A DNA stretch of 64,000 nucleotides from Octopus vulgaris (lineage: Eukaryota). The notes under the pieces were generated by a model. The model did not search any database. It saw nothing but the letters and a program-made list of their open reading frames with translations, and was not told the DNA's origin. Positions 40,590 to 54,148 of this stretch are shown here, piece by piece. Location: NCBI GenBank assembly GCA_951406725.2, contig OX597815.1, positions 150,288,001 to 150,352,000 of the forward strand, read 5' to 3'. Both the position numbers and the translations under genes were made by a program. The first letter of the stretch is position 1; each line of letters begins with the position of its first letter.

Positions 40590-40905
40590 TTTTGATAAGC
40601 CTGGTACTTATTCTATCAGTTTCTTCTTGTGAAACCAGTAAGTTATAGGGATGTAAATAAACGAACACCAGTTGTGAAGCAGTGATGAGGGAGAAACGCA
40701 AAGACACACACATAGATTTACATATATACATACATATACATACAATTGATTTCTTTCAGTTTTTGTCTACAAAATCCACTGACAAGGCTTTGGTTGGTCT
40801 AAGGCTTTAGCAGAAGACACATGCCAAGTTACCACACAGTGGGACTGAACTGAGGACCATGTGTTTTGGAACCAAGTTTGTTACCACACAGCCAAACCTG
40901 CACCT
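40590..40905 (-). mobile_element. Degraded SINE family A
   Basis: AAGCCTGGTACTTATTCTATC...CAGTGGGACTGAAC...TTACCACACAGCC. Confidence 0.75.
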
Positions 40906-41071
40906 ATGTATGTGTGTGTGTTTTGGAGGTGTGTGTATGGGTGTATATATGTATGCATGTATATATGTGTATATATATATGTGTATATATATTACATGTA
41001 CATCTATGTATATATATATATATATATACATCTAGATATACATGTATATCTATAGAAATACATCTATACAT

Positions 41072-41123
<52 letters not shown>

Positions 41124-41229
41124 ATACATACAATAGAGAGATGTTTTTATTTCACTTTTAACACGTAATACTGAAATAGTGGAGAAGATATGATATTGCC
41201 GTGGGCCCGCCCTAGGCAAGAAGTTAAAC

Positions 41230-41441
41230 ATTTTTTTGCCCATGACATTACATGGAGCCTAAGTAAGGAATGTGTTATATTTGAATGAAATTGGTTGTGT
41301 AGTTCTCAAGTTTTAGGGATTCACACAGACAGACAGACAGACAGACAGCTAGACGGACAGACAGCTAGACGAACAGACAGCTAGACGGACAGACAGACAG
41401 ACAGGCAGACAGACACACATTCTCAGTTTTATATATATAGA
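41230..41441 (-). mobile_element. Helitron-like terminal segment with (GACA)n
   Basis: GCCCATGACA...TGAATGAAATTGGTTGTGTAG...GGGATTCACA-(GACA)n-CACATTCTCAGTTTTATATATATAGA; the minus strand begins TC; second copy at 43800-43928. Confidence 0.6.
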
Positions 41442-41449
41442 TATACTAG

Positions 41450-43230
41450 GAAGGGATTAGCATTAGCTAAAGACTTGGAGGAAGCAACGGAATCTGGCTC
41501 TGCATCTCAGGTGACGGCCAAGAGACTGGCGTTAAACCAGCATCTCGAACCCCAACATATGGATTGCATTGTTGTAGCCAGGATTCGTACATTGGGTTGT
41601 GAAGGAATCAAGGCAGCAGAATGGGTCCGAGTGGTGGAAGCCCAACGGGCAACGATGGCACAACTCGATCTTTGATGAACCAAAGAGGTAAGTTGATAAA
41701 CGAGCCCGAAGAGATGCGTGAGGTCTTTCAGGAGCACTTCACCCAGGTTTTCGGGGTGGGGTAAGTGGACTGGACAGTAAGAGAGACCTAACGGATTTCC
41801 TCGCCGGGCTGCCGCGCCTCTCGGAGCTTGACGCGGAGTGTTGTGACGGGCCGATCACGTCTGAGGTGGTAATTGAGGCTATGGTGCACCGCGACGCGGG
41901 TAAGGCACCGGGACTGGATGGTCTACCCTATGAACTGTATAAGAGTATGCCAGACTTGTTCGGGCACCTGCTGGCGAATGTCTACGCGAACTGGCAGCAG
42001 AATGGGTTCATTCCCAGATCTGTGCACCGGGGAGTAGTCAGGCTTGTCAGTAAGGACCCGAAGAAGGGGGGACTGCATTGATAATTTTTGGCCCATCACT
42101 CTGCTAAACACAGAGTTGAAAATTTTGGCCAAAGTCTTTTCGAAAAGATTGGCGCTTGTCGCGGATGGCTTGATCGGGAAGGCACAGGCATGTGCCGTTT
42201 CCCTGTAAAACCATTCAGGATAATATCCATCTTCTACAGTACACTGTAGAAGGGTTTCATAATGATTCTTGCAAGGGAGGGACAGTGGTCGATTTAGACC
42301 AATCAAAGGCTTTTGATAGGGTAGACCATCATTACCTGGTGTCCGTTCTGGCACAGTTCGGCCTGGGTATTAGTTTCCTCAAGTGGATCATTGAAATTTA
42401 TAACAACATCGACTCGGTAGCTCGGGTGAACGGCTTTTTATCTAAGCCGCTCAGCTTCCAACGCTCGATTCGTCAAGGGTGTCCTTTCTCCCCGCTTTTG
42501 TATATAATGGCTCTTGAGTCATTGCTGCGAAAGTTGAGCCAGGGAGGGTGGAGGTGACCAATGTGTTCATCGCATCGGTAATCACCTACCGCCTAACCGT
42601 CGTTCTCTGCCCTGATTCGTGGTTGAGTAAGCTGGAAAGACAGCTCTTCCGCTTCTTGTGGAAGTGTTCGAATACGCTTGTGAGACGCTCTATTTGCTGC
42701 CAACAACCGTTAAAGGGTGGGCTACGGATGCCTTGGTAGATGATGCGCAGGCACGCGCTGAGGTTGAGGCATCTGTGGCTCCATCTGGATGGTGATCGGG
42801 TGTTGTCTCCGCTGGAAAAACAGTTGTTTCCCAAGTTCACTTGCTTCGGTGGACTGAAGATCTGGTTCTATCGTAGATCGAAGTTGGGTACATGGTGTAC
42901 GGAGTGTCGTAAGACTCTCCGGATATTCCATCTCTCGGGCAACACCTGCGGTAGTGGTTCTATCACATTCTTCTATAGAGGGTTGGTAGAAGCGAAATGT
43001 GACGATAGCTTGGGGAAGCTCTAGGTCTCGACATTAATCAGCTGGCCAATCTGTTCCAACATACATTCGGGTCGAAGACACTGGATAACTTCCAGACGTC
43101 TTTGGCATGGCAATGTTACCGAGGAACATTATCTGTCCGGGACAAACTCGCAATCATGGTAGCCCTAACCCACCGATCTGTCCAAGATGTGGGCGAGTCA
43201 GGGAAACCGTCCCGCATGCTATTGTTCAGT
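41450..43230 (+). mobile_element. L1/Tx1-like LINE ORF2 fragment with internal deletion
   Basis: GKAPGLDGLPYELYK; NFWPITLLNTELKILAKV; DLDQSKAFDRVDH; IRQGCPFSPLLYIMALESLLRKL jumps straight to post-RT sequence with no YADD region; FRFLWK...KGGLRMP; CPRC...ETVPHA knuckle. Confidence 0.9.
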
Positions 43231-43234
43231 GAAT

Positions 43235-43661
43235 GCTGACAGACGTTGACATTTGTAAACAATTGTCCAACGAGAATGGTGTTATTTTTACACCATAAAC
43301 CGTCCGCAACCGTTTGAGAGAATTTGGACTACATGGACGAATCGCTAGGAAAAAGCCAATAATATCCGAGAAAGTCGACTCAAACGTCTTAATTTCGCAA
43401 AAAAGCCATACTCAATCGACAGCCAAAGACTGCTGCAGAGTCCTTTGGAGTGACGAGTCACGCTTCTAAATATTTGGATCAGATGGTAAAACATATGTCA
43501 GACGTCGCCCAACCGAGGAATTCCATCCGAAATGCGTGAAAAAGACGACGCAAGCCGGGGTGGGGGTGATGGTGTGAGCGGCATTTAGTAGCTTTGGTGT
43601 TGGCCCTCTAGTTAAAGTTCATGGAAAGCTAAATAGTGTAGGTTTTATGAGTCTAATAAAG
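43235..43661 (+). mobile_element. Tc1-family transposase internal fragment
   Basis: TVRNRLREFGLHGRIARKKPIISEK...RVLWSDESRF*IFGSDGKTYVRRRPTEEFHPKCVKKT...VMV*AAFSSFGVGPLVKVHGKLNS. Confidence 0.92.
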
Positions 43662-43742
43662 GAGCCGAGCCGAGATGAGCCGAGCCGAGATGAGCCGAGC
43701 CGAGATGAGCCGAGCCGAGATGAGCCGAGCCGAGCCGAGCCG
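43662..43742. repeat. 15-bp tandem repeat (GAGCCGAGCCGAGAT)x4 plus (GAGCC)n
   Basis: Read directly. Confidence 0.95.
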
Positions 43743-43799
43743 CTCACCTCACTGTGGTGTCGTAGCCGTGGACAGTGAGCCCAACGGCGCCCAGAGCTT

Positions 43800-43928
43800 T
43801 GCCCATGACACTCCCTGGATTCTAAGTAAGGCATGTGTAAAATCTGAATGAAATTGGTTGTGTAGGTTTCAAGTTTTAGGGATTCACAGCGACAGACAGA
43901 TACACATTCTCAGTTTTATATATATAGA
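43800..43928 (-). mobile_element. Second Helitron-like terminal segment
   Basis: Direct, diverged repeat of 41238-41441. Confidence 0.6.
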
Positions 43929-43970
43929 CAGATCAACAAAACTCTATCTTCATTAACACACATAAAGACA

Positions 43971-44021
<51 letters not shown>

Positions 44022-44084
44022 TAAACATACCCATACTCAAGAAAATACAACAGAAATATCACTTATTTTATATTGCAATGTATG

Positions 44085-44161
<77 letters not shown>

Positions 44162-44253
44162 AATATTTAAATAATGAGGGAGATAAATTAATATTAATTT
44201 TAATATCAATTTAATACCAGTAGTCTAGCATACAAAAAATCTGAGAAGTCAGA

Positions 44254-44299
<46 letters not shown>

Positions 44300-44379
44300 A
44301 TGTATATACTTATACGTACACACACACACACATGTATGTATGTATACACGCACATACGAGTATAATGTTCTTATGTCTT

Positions 44380-45300
44380 TCGAAAGCCAAATCAATACGA
44401 ATTATAAGGTGAAAGAAAAATAATATGGTTCAATGTTATGCACTTTTAATATTTCGGGGTTAAGTTCTCCTCGTCATGGAAAGGAAATCAGAGATTTGGT
44501 TTTGCGAGGTAGCTTTTCTGTTCTCTAGGGTATGTATGTATGTATGTATGTATGTATGTATGTATGTATGTATGTATGTATGTATGTGCAAATATATTGG
44601 GTGGTGTATCTTTGCATGCACATGTTAACATGGCAAAAACGGTGGAATGAGTAATTGTCAATTTTGTAGCAGCTTCCTGATCAACATCGTTTCATGATAC
44701 TCTGGAGGATATTGTGTTCTTTCACACAATACATCTATAAAAAGATTTTTCCCGGAAAATCTGCAATTTCTTATTTTCTACAATACACATAAGTGTCTTA
44801 TAGAGATGTGACAAGTCTCTCTTTTCTTTTTTATTTTGTTTGTTATGAAGGGGATGGCATATTTCTACAAGCACATCCAGACATGTACATTATTCTAGCC
44901 ATTTATTAAATAGAGTAATATTGTTAACTCTAAGCCAGTATTACGTATATCCTGTGGAGCGTCAGAGTGCTCCATCGTATTACATCATATTGTAATGATA
45001 GATGATCATATAAATAGACAACTACAGAATATCCTTGTAGGCTTGTATAGTTATGACCGAAGATTGAGTTATCATCCAAAAACCAGCTCTTTCTTTTTGA
45101 AGGATTGACCTTTCCATCATAAAGAACGAGCATTGCATAACCCTTGTAAATGTAAACTGGGATTTTACCTCGAGTTTGACGTACGAACACAAAAGAGGCG
45201 TAAGATGCTAATACCTTAATCTGTGGCTGGTTACAAAACATAAACCTTTAAATTTATCCTCCAAAGTTTTTTTTTTATTCTCGTTCACTAGCAAACGATC
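44380..45300 (-). mobile_element. Possible highly degraded PLE fragment with degenerate hammerhead (44443-44483)
   Basis: Weak RT-like remnants (WKGQSFKKKE; YWLRVNNI where YVDD is expected); downstream aTGACGA-GGAG..CCCC-GAAA. Confidence 0.35.
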
Positions 45301-45429
45301 CAGTTTGTTTTACCATGGCCATGTTTTATTATTTTTCTCTCTTTTTACCTTTTATATGTGTAATTATATATGTGAAACATAAGATATGGTGACGGTGGTA
45401 ATTTTGGTGTTCCACTAAGAACTTTAACA

Positions 45430-46270
45430 TTATTCTTTTATTCCTTTAATTGCTTCACTCATTTGACTGCAGCAATGCTGGAGCACCCCCTCTAAGGGTT
45501 TTAGTCGAAGAAACCGACCCCAGGACTTATTCTTTTTAAGCCTATTACTTATTCTATCGATCTCTTTGGCCAAACTGCTAAGTTACATTGACGTAAGCAG
45601 ACCAACATTTGTCAAACTATGATGGGGTGCAACTCAGACGCAAACACACACACACGTATACCCGCAAAGATGCACGTGCACACACACATATGACAGGCTT
45701 CTGTCAGTCTCTGCCTACCAAATCCATGCATAAGGCTTTGATCGGCCCGCGGCTTTAGAAGTCACTTGCCTAAGGTGCTGCGCAGTGGGACTGAACATGG
45801 AACCATGTGGTAGGTAAAGTAAGTTTCTTACCACCCTAAAAATATTAATTTCTTTTTATTCTTTCACTTGTTTCAGTCATTTGACTGCGGCCATGGTAGG
45901 GCACCCCCTTGAAGGGTTTTAGTCGAAAAAATCGTCTCCATGAATTATTCTTAAGCTTAGTACTCATTCTACCGGCCTCTTTACCAAACTCCTAAGTTAC
46001 GGGGACGTAAACATGCCAACACCGGTTGTTAATTGATGATGGGTGGACAAGCAGAGACACAAAGACACACACGCATAAATATATACATACATACATACAC
46101 ACACATATACAACGGGATTCTTTCAGTTTCCGTCTACCAAATCCATTCAAGTTTTTGGTCGGCACGAGGCCGTAGTAGAAGACAGTTGACCAAGGTGCCA
46201 CATAGTGGGACTGAGCCCGGAACCATGTGGTTGGAAAGCAAGCTTCTTACCACACAGCCACGCCTGCACT
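45430..46270 (-). mobile_element. Two tandem SINE family A copies (45430-45835, 45850-46270)
   Basis: Each shows CATTTGACTGC...GCACC...TACTYATTCTA...CAGTGGGACTGA...CTTACCAC. Confidence 0.88.
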
Positions 46271-46954
46271 TATAATGTGAAACATAATTCATATCATTGG
46301 GTCACTTGAATTCTCTACCTTCATTTGAAATTCCAATTATGCAAACTAATACTGGCCAAAAATCTTCGTATCTCTTTCTTTTTCGTATAAACATTCTTTC
46401 ACTGATCAAAGCAGGCTTTGTTAAACTATGCTAAGCTGATGATGGTTCAGTAAGACTGAAATATGTCTGTAGATATTCACTTGTCTGTGAACAAAGACAC
46501 TTTTTCAAGCATGTAAATTCATATACTGAAACGAATATTTCGTCTAATTTTATTTTCAGTTATTTACAATGTTCTACGAGATTTACTATAAAGTCCTGTT
46601 CTCCAAAGTAGAGGGACGTTATAACTGAAGGAGATTAACTGAGATGCCATCAACATTCTTTAGTATAGTTGTCTAAATACTTGTAATTAGCATTTGATAA
46701 AGTTCCGTGTGTATTAATATTCAAGAATAATTTAAATGAATAAAGAGAATAATACATCAACACTATTTTAATTATTACAGCATGCTTAATTTAAATCTTT
46801 ATCCTACATATGTTTCTCCTGCATGGATATCTCGCGATGTGATTTACATTTACATCCAGTTTAAGACTGTGCCCATGCAGCTTTATTCAAGGCATTGCCA
46901 GCATTGAGATTTTCCTATATGTTCCCTTCATGTGTACATATACATTTATTCATT

Positions 46955-47625
46955 CAAACATTGGAAGTAAAGGCTTGAAATCAGTGCAGACAGCATTCGA
47001 CTGTTATCGAATATTTCTCAGACTACACCTGCCAAAGAACAACAGCAAAACTAAATACATAAAACTAGAGCTAAGAAGTGAAGAGAGCAACAGCCTTCTT
47101 ATCAGTTGAGAGCTCTATAGGAAGAACTCTCTTTCTGACGCTCTTTCGCACAATCCGGAAACAGCTGAAGTAATATAACTTAAAGAAGAATACCTAGATA
47201 TGAAACGCTCAGCGTAGCAATGATTAAGAATGATATTGGTATGTTTCTCGAATTCTTGAAGATGTCAGTAATATTGTCATGAAGTGCAGCCTCTTTTGGA
47301 ATTATGATCACTACATCACACTTCAAAGGTTGCAAATTTGGAACCTAAGAATATTTGATCCTACAAAATACCTTATAAAAAAATTAAAAAACAGGCTCCC
47401 AAGATATAATGAGAAATGTCGATTATGTCACATTTCTATGAAAGATATCACACACGTGAATGGCACACATACGAATGTAATCAAGGTAATTCACACTTGT
47501 GAATCTAATAAAGGTAACAGCTTCCAACGCGACAAGACGTTCTTGCAAAATCAAGAAATAATGCCATCCGAAAAAGAAAAACAATGTCCTCGGAATAATA
47601 TGGAGAAAACCCCTGTTATTCAGTA
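46955..47625 (+). mobile_element. Degraded non-LTR retrotransposon fragment, R4/Dong-like C-terminus
   Basis: GSKGLKSVQTAFDC (GGRGL-type motif), PTKYLIKK and KCRLCHISMKDITHV (CCHC knuckle remnant). Confidence 0.55.
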
Positions 47626-47634
47626 CATACTGAA

Positions 47635-47811
47635 ATATTGGTGTCAAATTTTGGCACAAGGCCAGCAAGTTTGGGTGAGGGGCTAAGTCAATTACATCAA
47701 CGCAGTATTCAACTGGTACTTATTTTATTAACCCACGAAAGGATGAAAGGTAAAGTCGACCTTGGCGGTATTTGAACTCAGAACGTAAAGACGGACGAAA
47801 TGCCGCTAAGC
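47635..47811 (-). mobile_element. SINE family B
   Basis: GAAAGGATGAAAGGTAAAGTCGACC...TTTGAACTCAGAACGTAAAGAC. Confidence 0.85.
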
Positions 47812-50189
47812 TGGTAACAGCCATTCTGTTTTTACTTCTGGCGGCACATTTGGGATTTTCACCCGTACCCCTCTTCTTCCTTTATATGTAGGCCACATAA
47901 AGTTTTCGGCTTTAAATACGTGTGTATGTGTGTGTGTGTTTTGCAACTATGTACCGTGTTTTTATGTATGGATGTGCATCTCCATATGTGTAGACGTGTG
48001 TCTCCATATGTGTCCTTGTGTGAAGTAAAGTGAATACAATAGGAGTACCGATTTAGGCATTGCTGTTGCAATTAGACAGTGGGCTTATTAAAAAATATAT
48101 AATGAACTTGCACTATGACCCGTCGTTGCCGGGTCTAGTGCTAGTGCTTGTTGTTCGTTGCTTTGTCGCAGTAAAAATTTCTCACTAAATCAAGAGCTAA
48201 GCTTCTTATCACATTTCAGCCCGGGCCAGTTTTTTTGTTTACGTGCAAGTTGGAGCTTTTTATGAGAGTAATTAATATTCATTGCACTTCGGTTTTCAAA
48301 CCTGGAACGGCATAATCATAGAAAATTAGCGGGACTGCGCACATGCCATTCGTCGGACATAAAAGGTGGCAGAAGAAGGAGAATTTGGTCGCAAAGTAAC
48401 TTACGGGCATAAGGGGTCAGTTTATCGATATTTTTAATGGCTTTCTGGGGTGACTGGGGAAATGAAAAGATCTTCACACCCACCCTCAGACAGTTTTGAA
48501 AGCTCATAGAAAATGTGAACCTTTTACGTGAAAAACTGTAGATTTGTATAAAGGTCACACAGACACACAGATACGCAGACATTTTGCCATATATAGATAT
48601 AGAGATTATGTCAAAATCAGTATTGATACCAAAATATAATCTTGATCTCCAACTTAACATAGATGATAAGTTAGAATAGAGGATACTGTATTCTATACCA
48701 TAAGAGGATCTCTCACATGGATTTGTGGTGCCTGAATAGACACAGAAATTATATAACTGCGAAAAGAACTTTTCGCAGTTATATATGTGTAGACATACTT
48801 TGCAAACAAGGATATGAATGGAACGAGAATATATCGAGGCATTACTCCGAGTGCTAATACAGCAATGCACAATGAACGAGAATGAATCCAGCAGGAATCG
48901 AACGTCCGTACCGTATGTTACCATTGCCTTTTATTTCATCGATACGAAATATCAGCAAAGAACAACAAAAAAATTATAAAATTACATAAAAACAGTAAAA
49001 TAAAATTAGTTTTACGACGTTGGGAATAAACAGAAATGAGCTTGAATTTCGAATGTTGGTCCTTCATCAAGCACAAACAAAGAAGATAAAAATTGGATAA
49101 GGAATGATTTGTAATATTCCCTTATGAAAAGTACACAAGATAATGAAATAGTTAAAGCACATGCGCCGAACGTAATAGAGTTTTACAGGGAAAAGTTTGT
49201 TTCACTAGCAAGGGAGATCAACGGCGATAGTATGTTATCTATGTATGTGTTTATGTGTGTGTGTGTTTATATATATATATATATGCGCGTGTGTAATTTG
49301 ATGAAGACTGATAAAATGTGAGAGCAAACATTCTATCTTTGTGTGTGTGAGCAGCGCATGTGTGAGTGTGCGCGTGTACGAGTGTATGTGAGTGTGCGTG
49401 TGTGTGTGTGTGTGTGAGTTTGCTTAGGGAAAATGTTTGTATAAGGCAATGATGTTAAAAGGGAACAAGGTGATTATTAATCCCAGATGGATGGGCTGTT
49501 TTAAGACGGAAGATTAGCTGTTGTACACGCAGGACTTCTGGTTTACCACCGAATTGAATTCATATTATTTTATCGTTATTTTGTAAATGCTCTAACAATG
49601 GCTATTTGCCTGGTAACGCATCAGCATACGACGTGAAAATAAAACCCCTTTGATAAGCTGTAGAGACCTAGCTCGTAACTTCGATTTGAAGAGCCTTTAA
49701 CACACATCCAAAGATACAGCATACTTAATATTATCACTTTCCTTCACACAACCAGTTTTTTCTTTCCTTTTCTCCCTAATGGTTTAAAATATCAAAATGC
49801 TATCTCAATTTTATTTTGTATCCTCACTGTGCACGGATGTGATTGTTTGTGTATATCATCGTCTCTATCTCTGTCTCTTTCTCTCACCTACTCACACAGT
49901 CGCAAATGCACATACAGAAAAGGAAAATATTTGCAGAAAATAGCTTCATACTTTCATAGAATTCCCCAGTGAATCTGGCGATTATGGGACCAATAACAAA
50001 ACTACGATACTGCATTTAATATGCAGCATTCATACGTCATAAATCCGATGAATTACAAGTCTAACACTCTACAGGTCAAATTCTGGCACGAACGTCTGTA
50101 TAGACCTGAGACAGTTACTAATCAAGCGGGTAGTATAGAAGCCAAACTACTAGACATACTTAAGATGAGACTGCGATAAACTAGAAATA

Positions 50190-50852
50190 CTCGGTACATG
50201 TTTTTGGGGACACGGCAAGCTAACAGTTGCTGTGTGTGTTCACCATCTGAGCCTGGCAGAATTGTTTCTCGTCTAGGAAAAATCCAAAGCATGTTCGGTT
50301 GGTGGGGATGCTTGAATTTGTTCCAAAGTTTCTTTCCTCTTGTCCTCGATGGCATGGGATAAAAATTGGCCCTTTGTCTTCTTGTATGAGGAATACCCAA
50401 TGTCTTCATACATTAGCTGCCTGATAAGAGACTAAGACACTCCAATGTCCCTGGTGATGGAGCTGATGGACTTAGAGGGTTCGTTACCAAAAATGGCCTG
50501 AACCTCACCAACAAATTCAGAACTTCTTTTCATATCAGAACGATCAGAGTGAGTTTTCCGAGCTACCGTACCTTCCTAGTCACCATTAGACTCATCCGAC
50601 TCTTTCCGAATCCTCTGCACTGTCATCAGATTGACACTCAAAAGCTTTGAGCTTCCGGCGCGACTGGCAAGCAGTACAGCATGACGTCTCCAAATTTCTG
50701 GCAGAGTGAATTGCGTGATGTTGCTTTTTTTCTCACAGACAGTGCCCAACTACCCCTAGAATGTTATGTATTCACCAAAATCAAAAACAAACAATGAGCA
50801 TGCACGAAATTAAGATTATAATATGACGACAATTTTCCTATTGTAGCCTGTA
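50190..50852 (-). mobile_element. Tc1/mariner-superfamily (maT/DD37D-like) transposon 5' half
   Basis: Minus: TA-CAGGCTACAATAGG terminus; QFTLPEIWRRHAVLL...TVQRIRKE...PSKSISSITRDIGVS...EDIGYSSYK..KGQFLS...NKFKHP...W.F.DEKQFCQ. Confidence 0.8.
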
Positions 50853-50875
50853 TATACACACACACACACACACAC

Positions 50876-50906
<31 letters not shown>

Positions 50907-51659
50907 TGTATGTATGTATGTATGTATGTATGTATGTATGTATGTATGTATGTATGTATGTATGTGTGTGTGTATGTGTGTATGTATGTATGTGTGTGTG
51001 TATGTATTCAGGCATGTATGCATGTTTATATGCATACGGAGTGCATTTGGTTTTATCTGTAGAGATTTGTATTACACGTTTATCAACACCTGCTTATAAA
51101 TATTCAAATTTCCAATCTTGAAACAAAATAGTATTTATTATATAAGAGAAGCATTAAAGATTATGCTACAACTGTATAAATTGCATTTCCAGAAGATTAG
51201 TTCCATTAATTCAAAGCTATGTTGGAACCACATAAATGAGACATATCCTTATCAAACTAGACTACATATTTCTTGTGAAAACATTTCTCAAATTAAAATT
51301 GAATTTATATCAGTAAGATGGAATTAGCTTGCCGCTTAGAAACTTAACAAAAGAAAGATTTCTTACCGAACTCAGGTATTATCGAGTTTTATCTCACAGC
51401 TAGATAGATAAAAAAAAAAAAGCTTTTCAAACTCTGAAGCTGTATGTTGCTATGATGCAATATAAAGGCAAATAACAACAAAAACGAGGAAACAGTTATC
51501 GGTGGAATTTGAAGCCATAATCGATGCTTCAAAAAATATCTACATCGAAAGTGTTCATTGAATTTGATAATCATTCGAAAATGTGAAATGTTGAAAAATG
51601 TGTACACATTTACTACACATTAACGCAAGCGCTCGCACACATCGCGCGCAAATGTGCGT

Positions 51660-51769
<110 letters not shown>

Positions 51770-52100
51770 ACACACATACATATATACATAAATTTATGTA
51801 TATATGTATGCATGTATATTCATAAATAGACTTATATATGTGTGTACAGTTCTCCCTCAGCTTTGCACGCTATGGAGTTTAAATATTTTCACTTAGGCAT
51901 GGTTTAGGATTGCTTGCGTCCATTTTTTTTGTCTTCATAAATTCACTTATACAGAAAGAACACGGTTTCTGTTGAGTTATTTCTTTTCTTTGAGTTTCCT
52001 TCATTTTATTGCTATTTCACTTCTTTAATAGTGATGTAGAAAACACTCTGCACCAACACCTACTTTCGAATAATATACATATATACATACATACATACAT

Positions 52101-52149
<49 letters not shown>

Positions 52150-52874
52150 CATATATATATATATATATTGTGAAATATTATTTTCGTGATTAAATAATAG
52201 GTTTTCAAATGTCAACGAAGCTGATTTGTAAGAAGCTGAATATTTATTTCTTCAAAATGCAAAGGGTTCACGGAAACTGCGAAACAGTTTTATATACGTG
52301 ACTCAACTTTTAAAATAATTAAAGGAACTGAAGGGAGGGGAAAAAAGTCAAAGAACATCAATGAGGTTAAACATCACTTTAGAAATACGTACGAAGGTTA
52401 TAGAAACAAGAGAGAGGGAGGGAGATAGGTGTGTGTTTTTTTTTAACAGCAGATAGAACAAAACTTTACGTGTTTGTGTTTGTGTTTATGTGTGTGTTTC
52501 TCAGTGTGTGTATTTGTGTATTTGTGTGTGCGTATGTGAGTGTGTGTATGTACGTGTAAATTCCGTACTGCTTCATTTAGTTTGCCATATCATAATATGC
52601 ATTAAGAGGTGCCATACCGAACGACATGCATAGAAAAACGTTTGCCAACTGTGATTTCGACACTTGCTTTATCATGACTTGATAATTAATTTTTATCACA
52701 ATGTTTCCCAACACTTAATGCCAAAATGGTAGGCAAGTTTCGTGAAACAGGAATACAATTTTGATCATTTAACTTGAATACAATGAATTTGTATATTTTT
52801 AGTAAACAAAAAATATATATACTCTATGCATATAAATGTTTAGGGGGCTAGATAGGCATGCACATTCAAAACAT

Positions 52875-52935
<61 letters not shown>

Positions 52936-53057
52936 CAACAATCAAGGAACGGCCATAATAGGCCATTCACCCACTAGAAATAACAGCCAAAGCTTCAACC
53001 GCAAATAAAAGTTAATTCTGTAAACCAGGAGAAAATTTAAAAAACATTTACCCTGTA

Positions 53058-53164
53058 ATTTCTTATACGATATACCGTTTCATCTGCTGATTAATGGTAA
53101 ACTAACCTGATTAAATTAAATCAAGCCAATCTTCCACAGGCCCTCAGATTCTTCAGTAAGAAAT
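53058..53164 (-). ncRNA. Type I hammerhead ribozyme, unit 1
   Basis: Minus: ATTTCTTA-CTGAAGA-ATCTG(long structured insert)CAGAT-GAAA-CGGTATATCG-TA^TAAGAAAT; 8-bp stem I, 5-bp stem II, GUA site, predicted cut between 53066 and 53065. Confidence 0.9.
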
Positions 53165-53549
53165 AGCCCAAGTCGGAACAGATATTTTCACGAGGCATTT
53201 CCGACCTTGCCAAGTTTATATCTGACCTAAAATTTTCAAATCGTCGCACTCGCGCCAAATTTATCGGCAGCAAATAAATATAAGCCGTCGATTCCATTAC
53301 GGAATTAACCAGAAAATTCATAATTAATCAATATAGGGTGGCAAAAAAAATTTTGTAGAATTCTTTTGCCACCAGCGGCCTAGTAGGAAAAAATTAAATA
53401 GTCATAGACCATTTTTAAGTTCAACAACAACAATCAAGGAACGGCCATAATAGGCCATTCACCCACTAGAAATAACAGCCAAAGCTTCAACCGCAAATAA
53501 AAGTTAATTCTGTAAACCAGGAGAAAATTTAAAAAACATTTACCCTGTA

Positions 53550-53656
53550 ATTTCTTATACGATATACCGTTTCATCTGCTGATTAATGGTAAGCTAACCT
53601 GATTAAATTAAATCAAGCCAATCTTCCACAGGCCCTCAGATTCTTCAGTAAGAAAT
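53550..53656 (-). ncRNA. Type I hammerhead ribozyme, unit 2
   Basis: Same core and stems as unit 1; one substitution in the loop II insert. Confidence 0.9.
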
Positions 53657-54041
53657 AGACCAAGTCGGAACAGATATTTTCACGAGGCATTTCCGACCTT
53701 GCCAAGTTTATATCTGACCTAAAATTTTCAAATCGTCGCACTCGCGCCAAATTTATCGGCAGCAAATAAATATAAGCCGTCGATTCCATTACGGAATTAA
53801 CCAGAAAATTCATAATTAATCAATATAGGGTGGCAAAAAAAATTTTGTAGAATTCTTTTGCCACCAGCGGCCTAGTAGGAAAAAATTAAATAGTCATAGA
53901 CCATTTTTAAGTTCAACAACAACAATCAAGGAACGGCCATAATAGGCCATTCACCCACTAGAAATAACAGCCAAAGCTTCAACCGCAAATAAAAGTTAAT
54001 TCTGTAAACCAGGAGAAAATTTTAAAAACATTTACCCTGTA

Positions 54042-54148
54042 ATTTCTTATACGATATACCGTTTCATCTGCTGATTAATGGTAAACTAACCTGATTAAAT
54101 TAAATCAAGCCAATCTTCCACAGGCCCTCAGATTCTTCAGTAAGAAAT
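54042..54148 (-). ncRNA. Type I hammerhead ribozyme, unit 3
   Basis: Same as unit 1. A fourth, half copy (54534-54571) lacks CTGAAGA. Confidence 0.9.

Noticed and set aside
46430-46472. Further hammerhead candidates here and at about 16218, 49045, 60795 and 63868
   Set aside because: Core or stems are too damaged to call; probably decayed pLTR motifs or chance matches.
48316-48924. 202-aa minus-strand ORF
   Set aside because: No recognisable family motif by eye; BLASTX would be needed.
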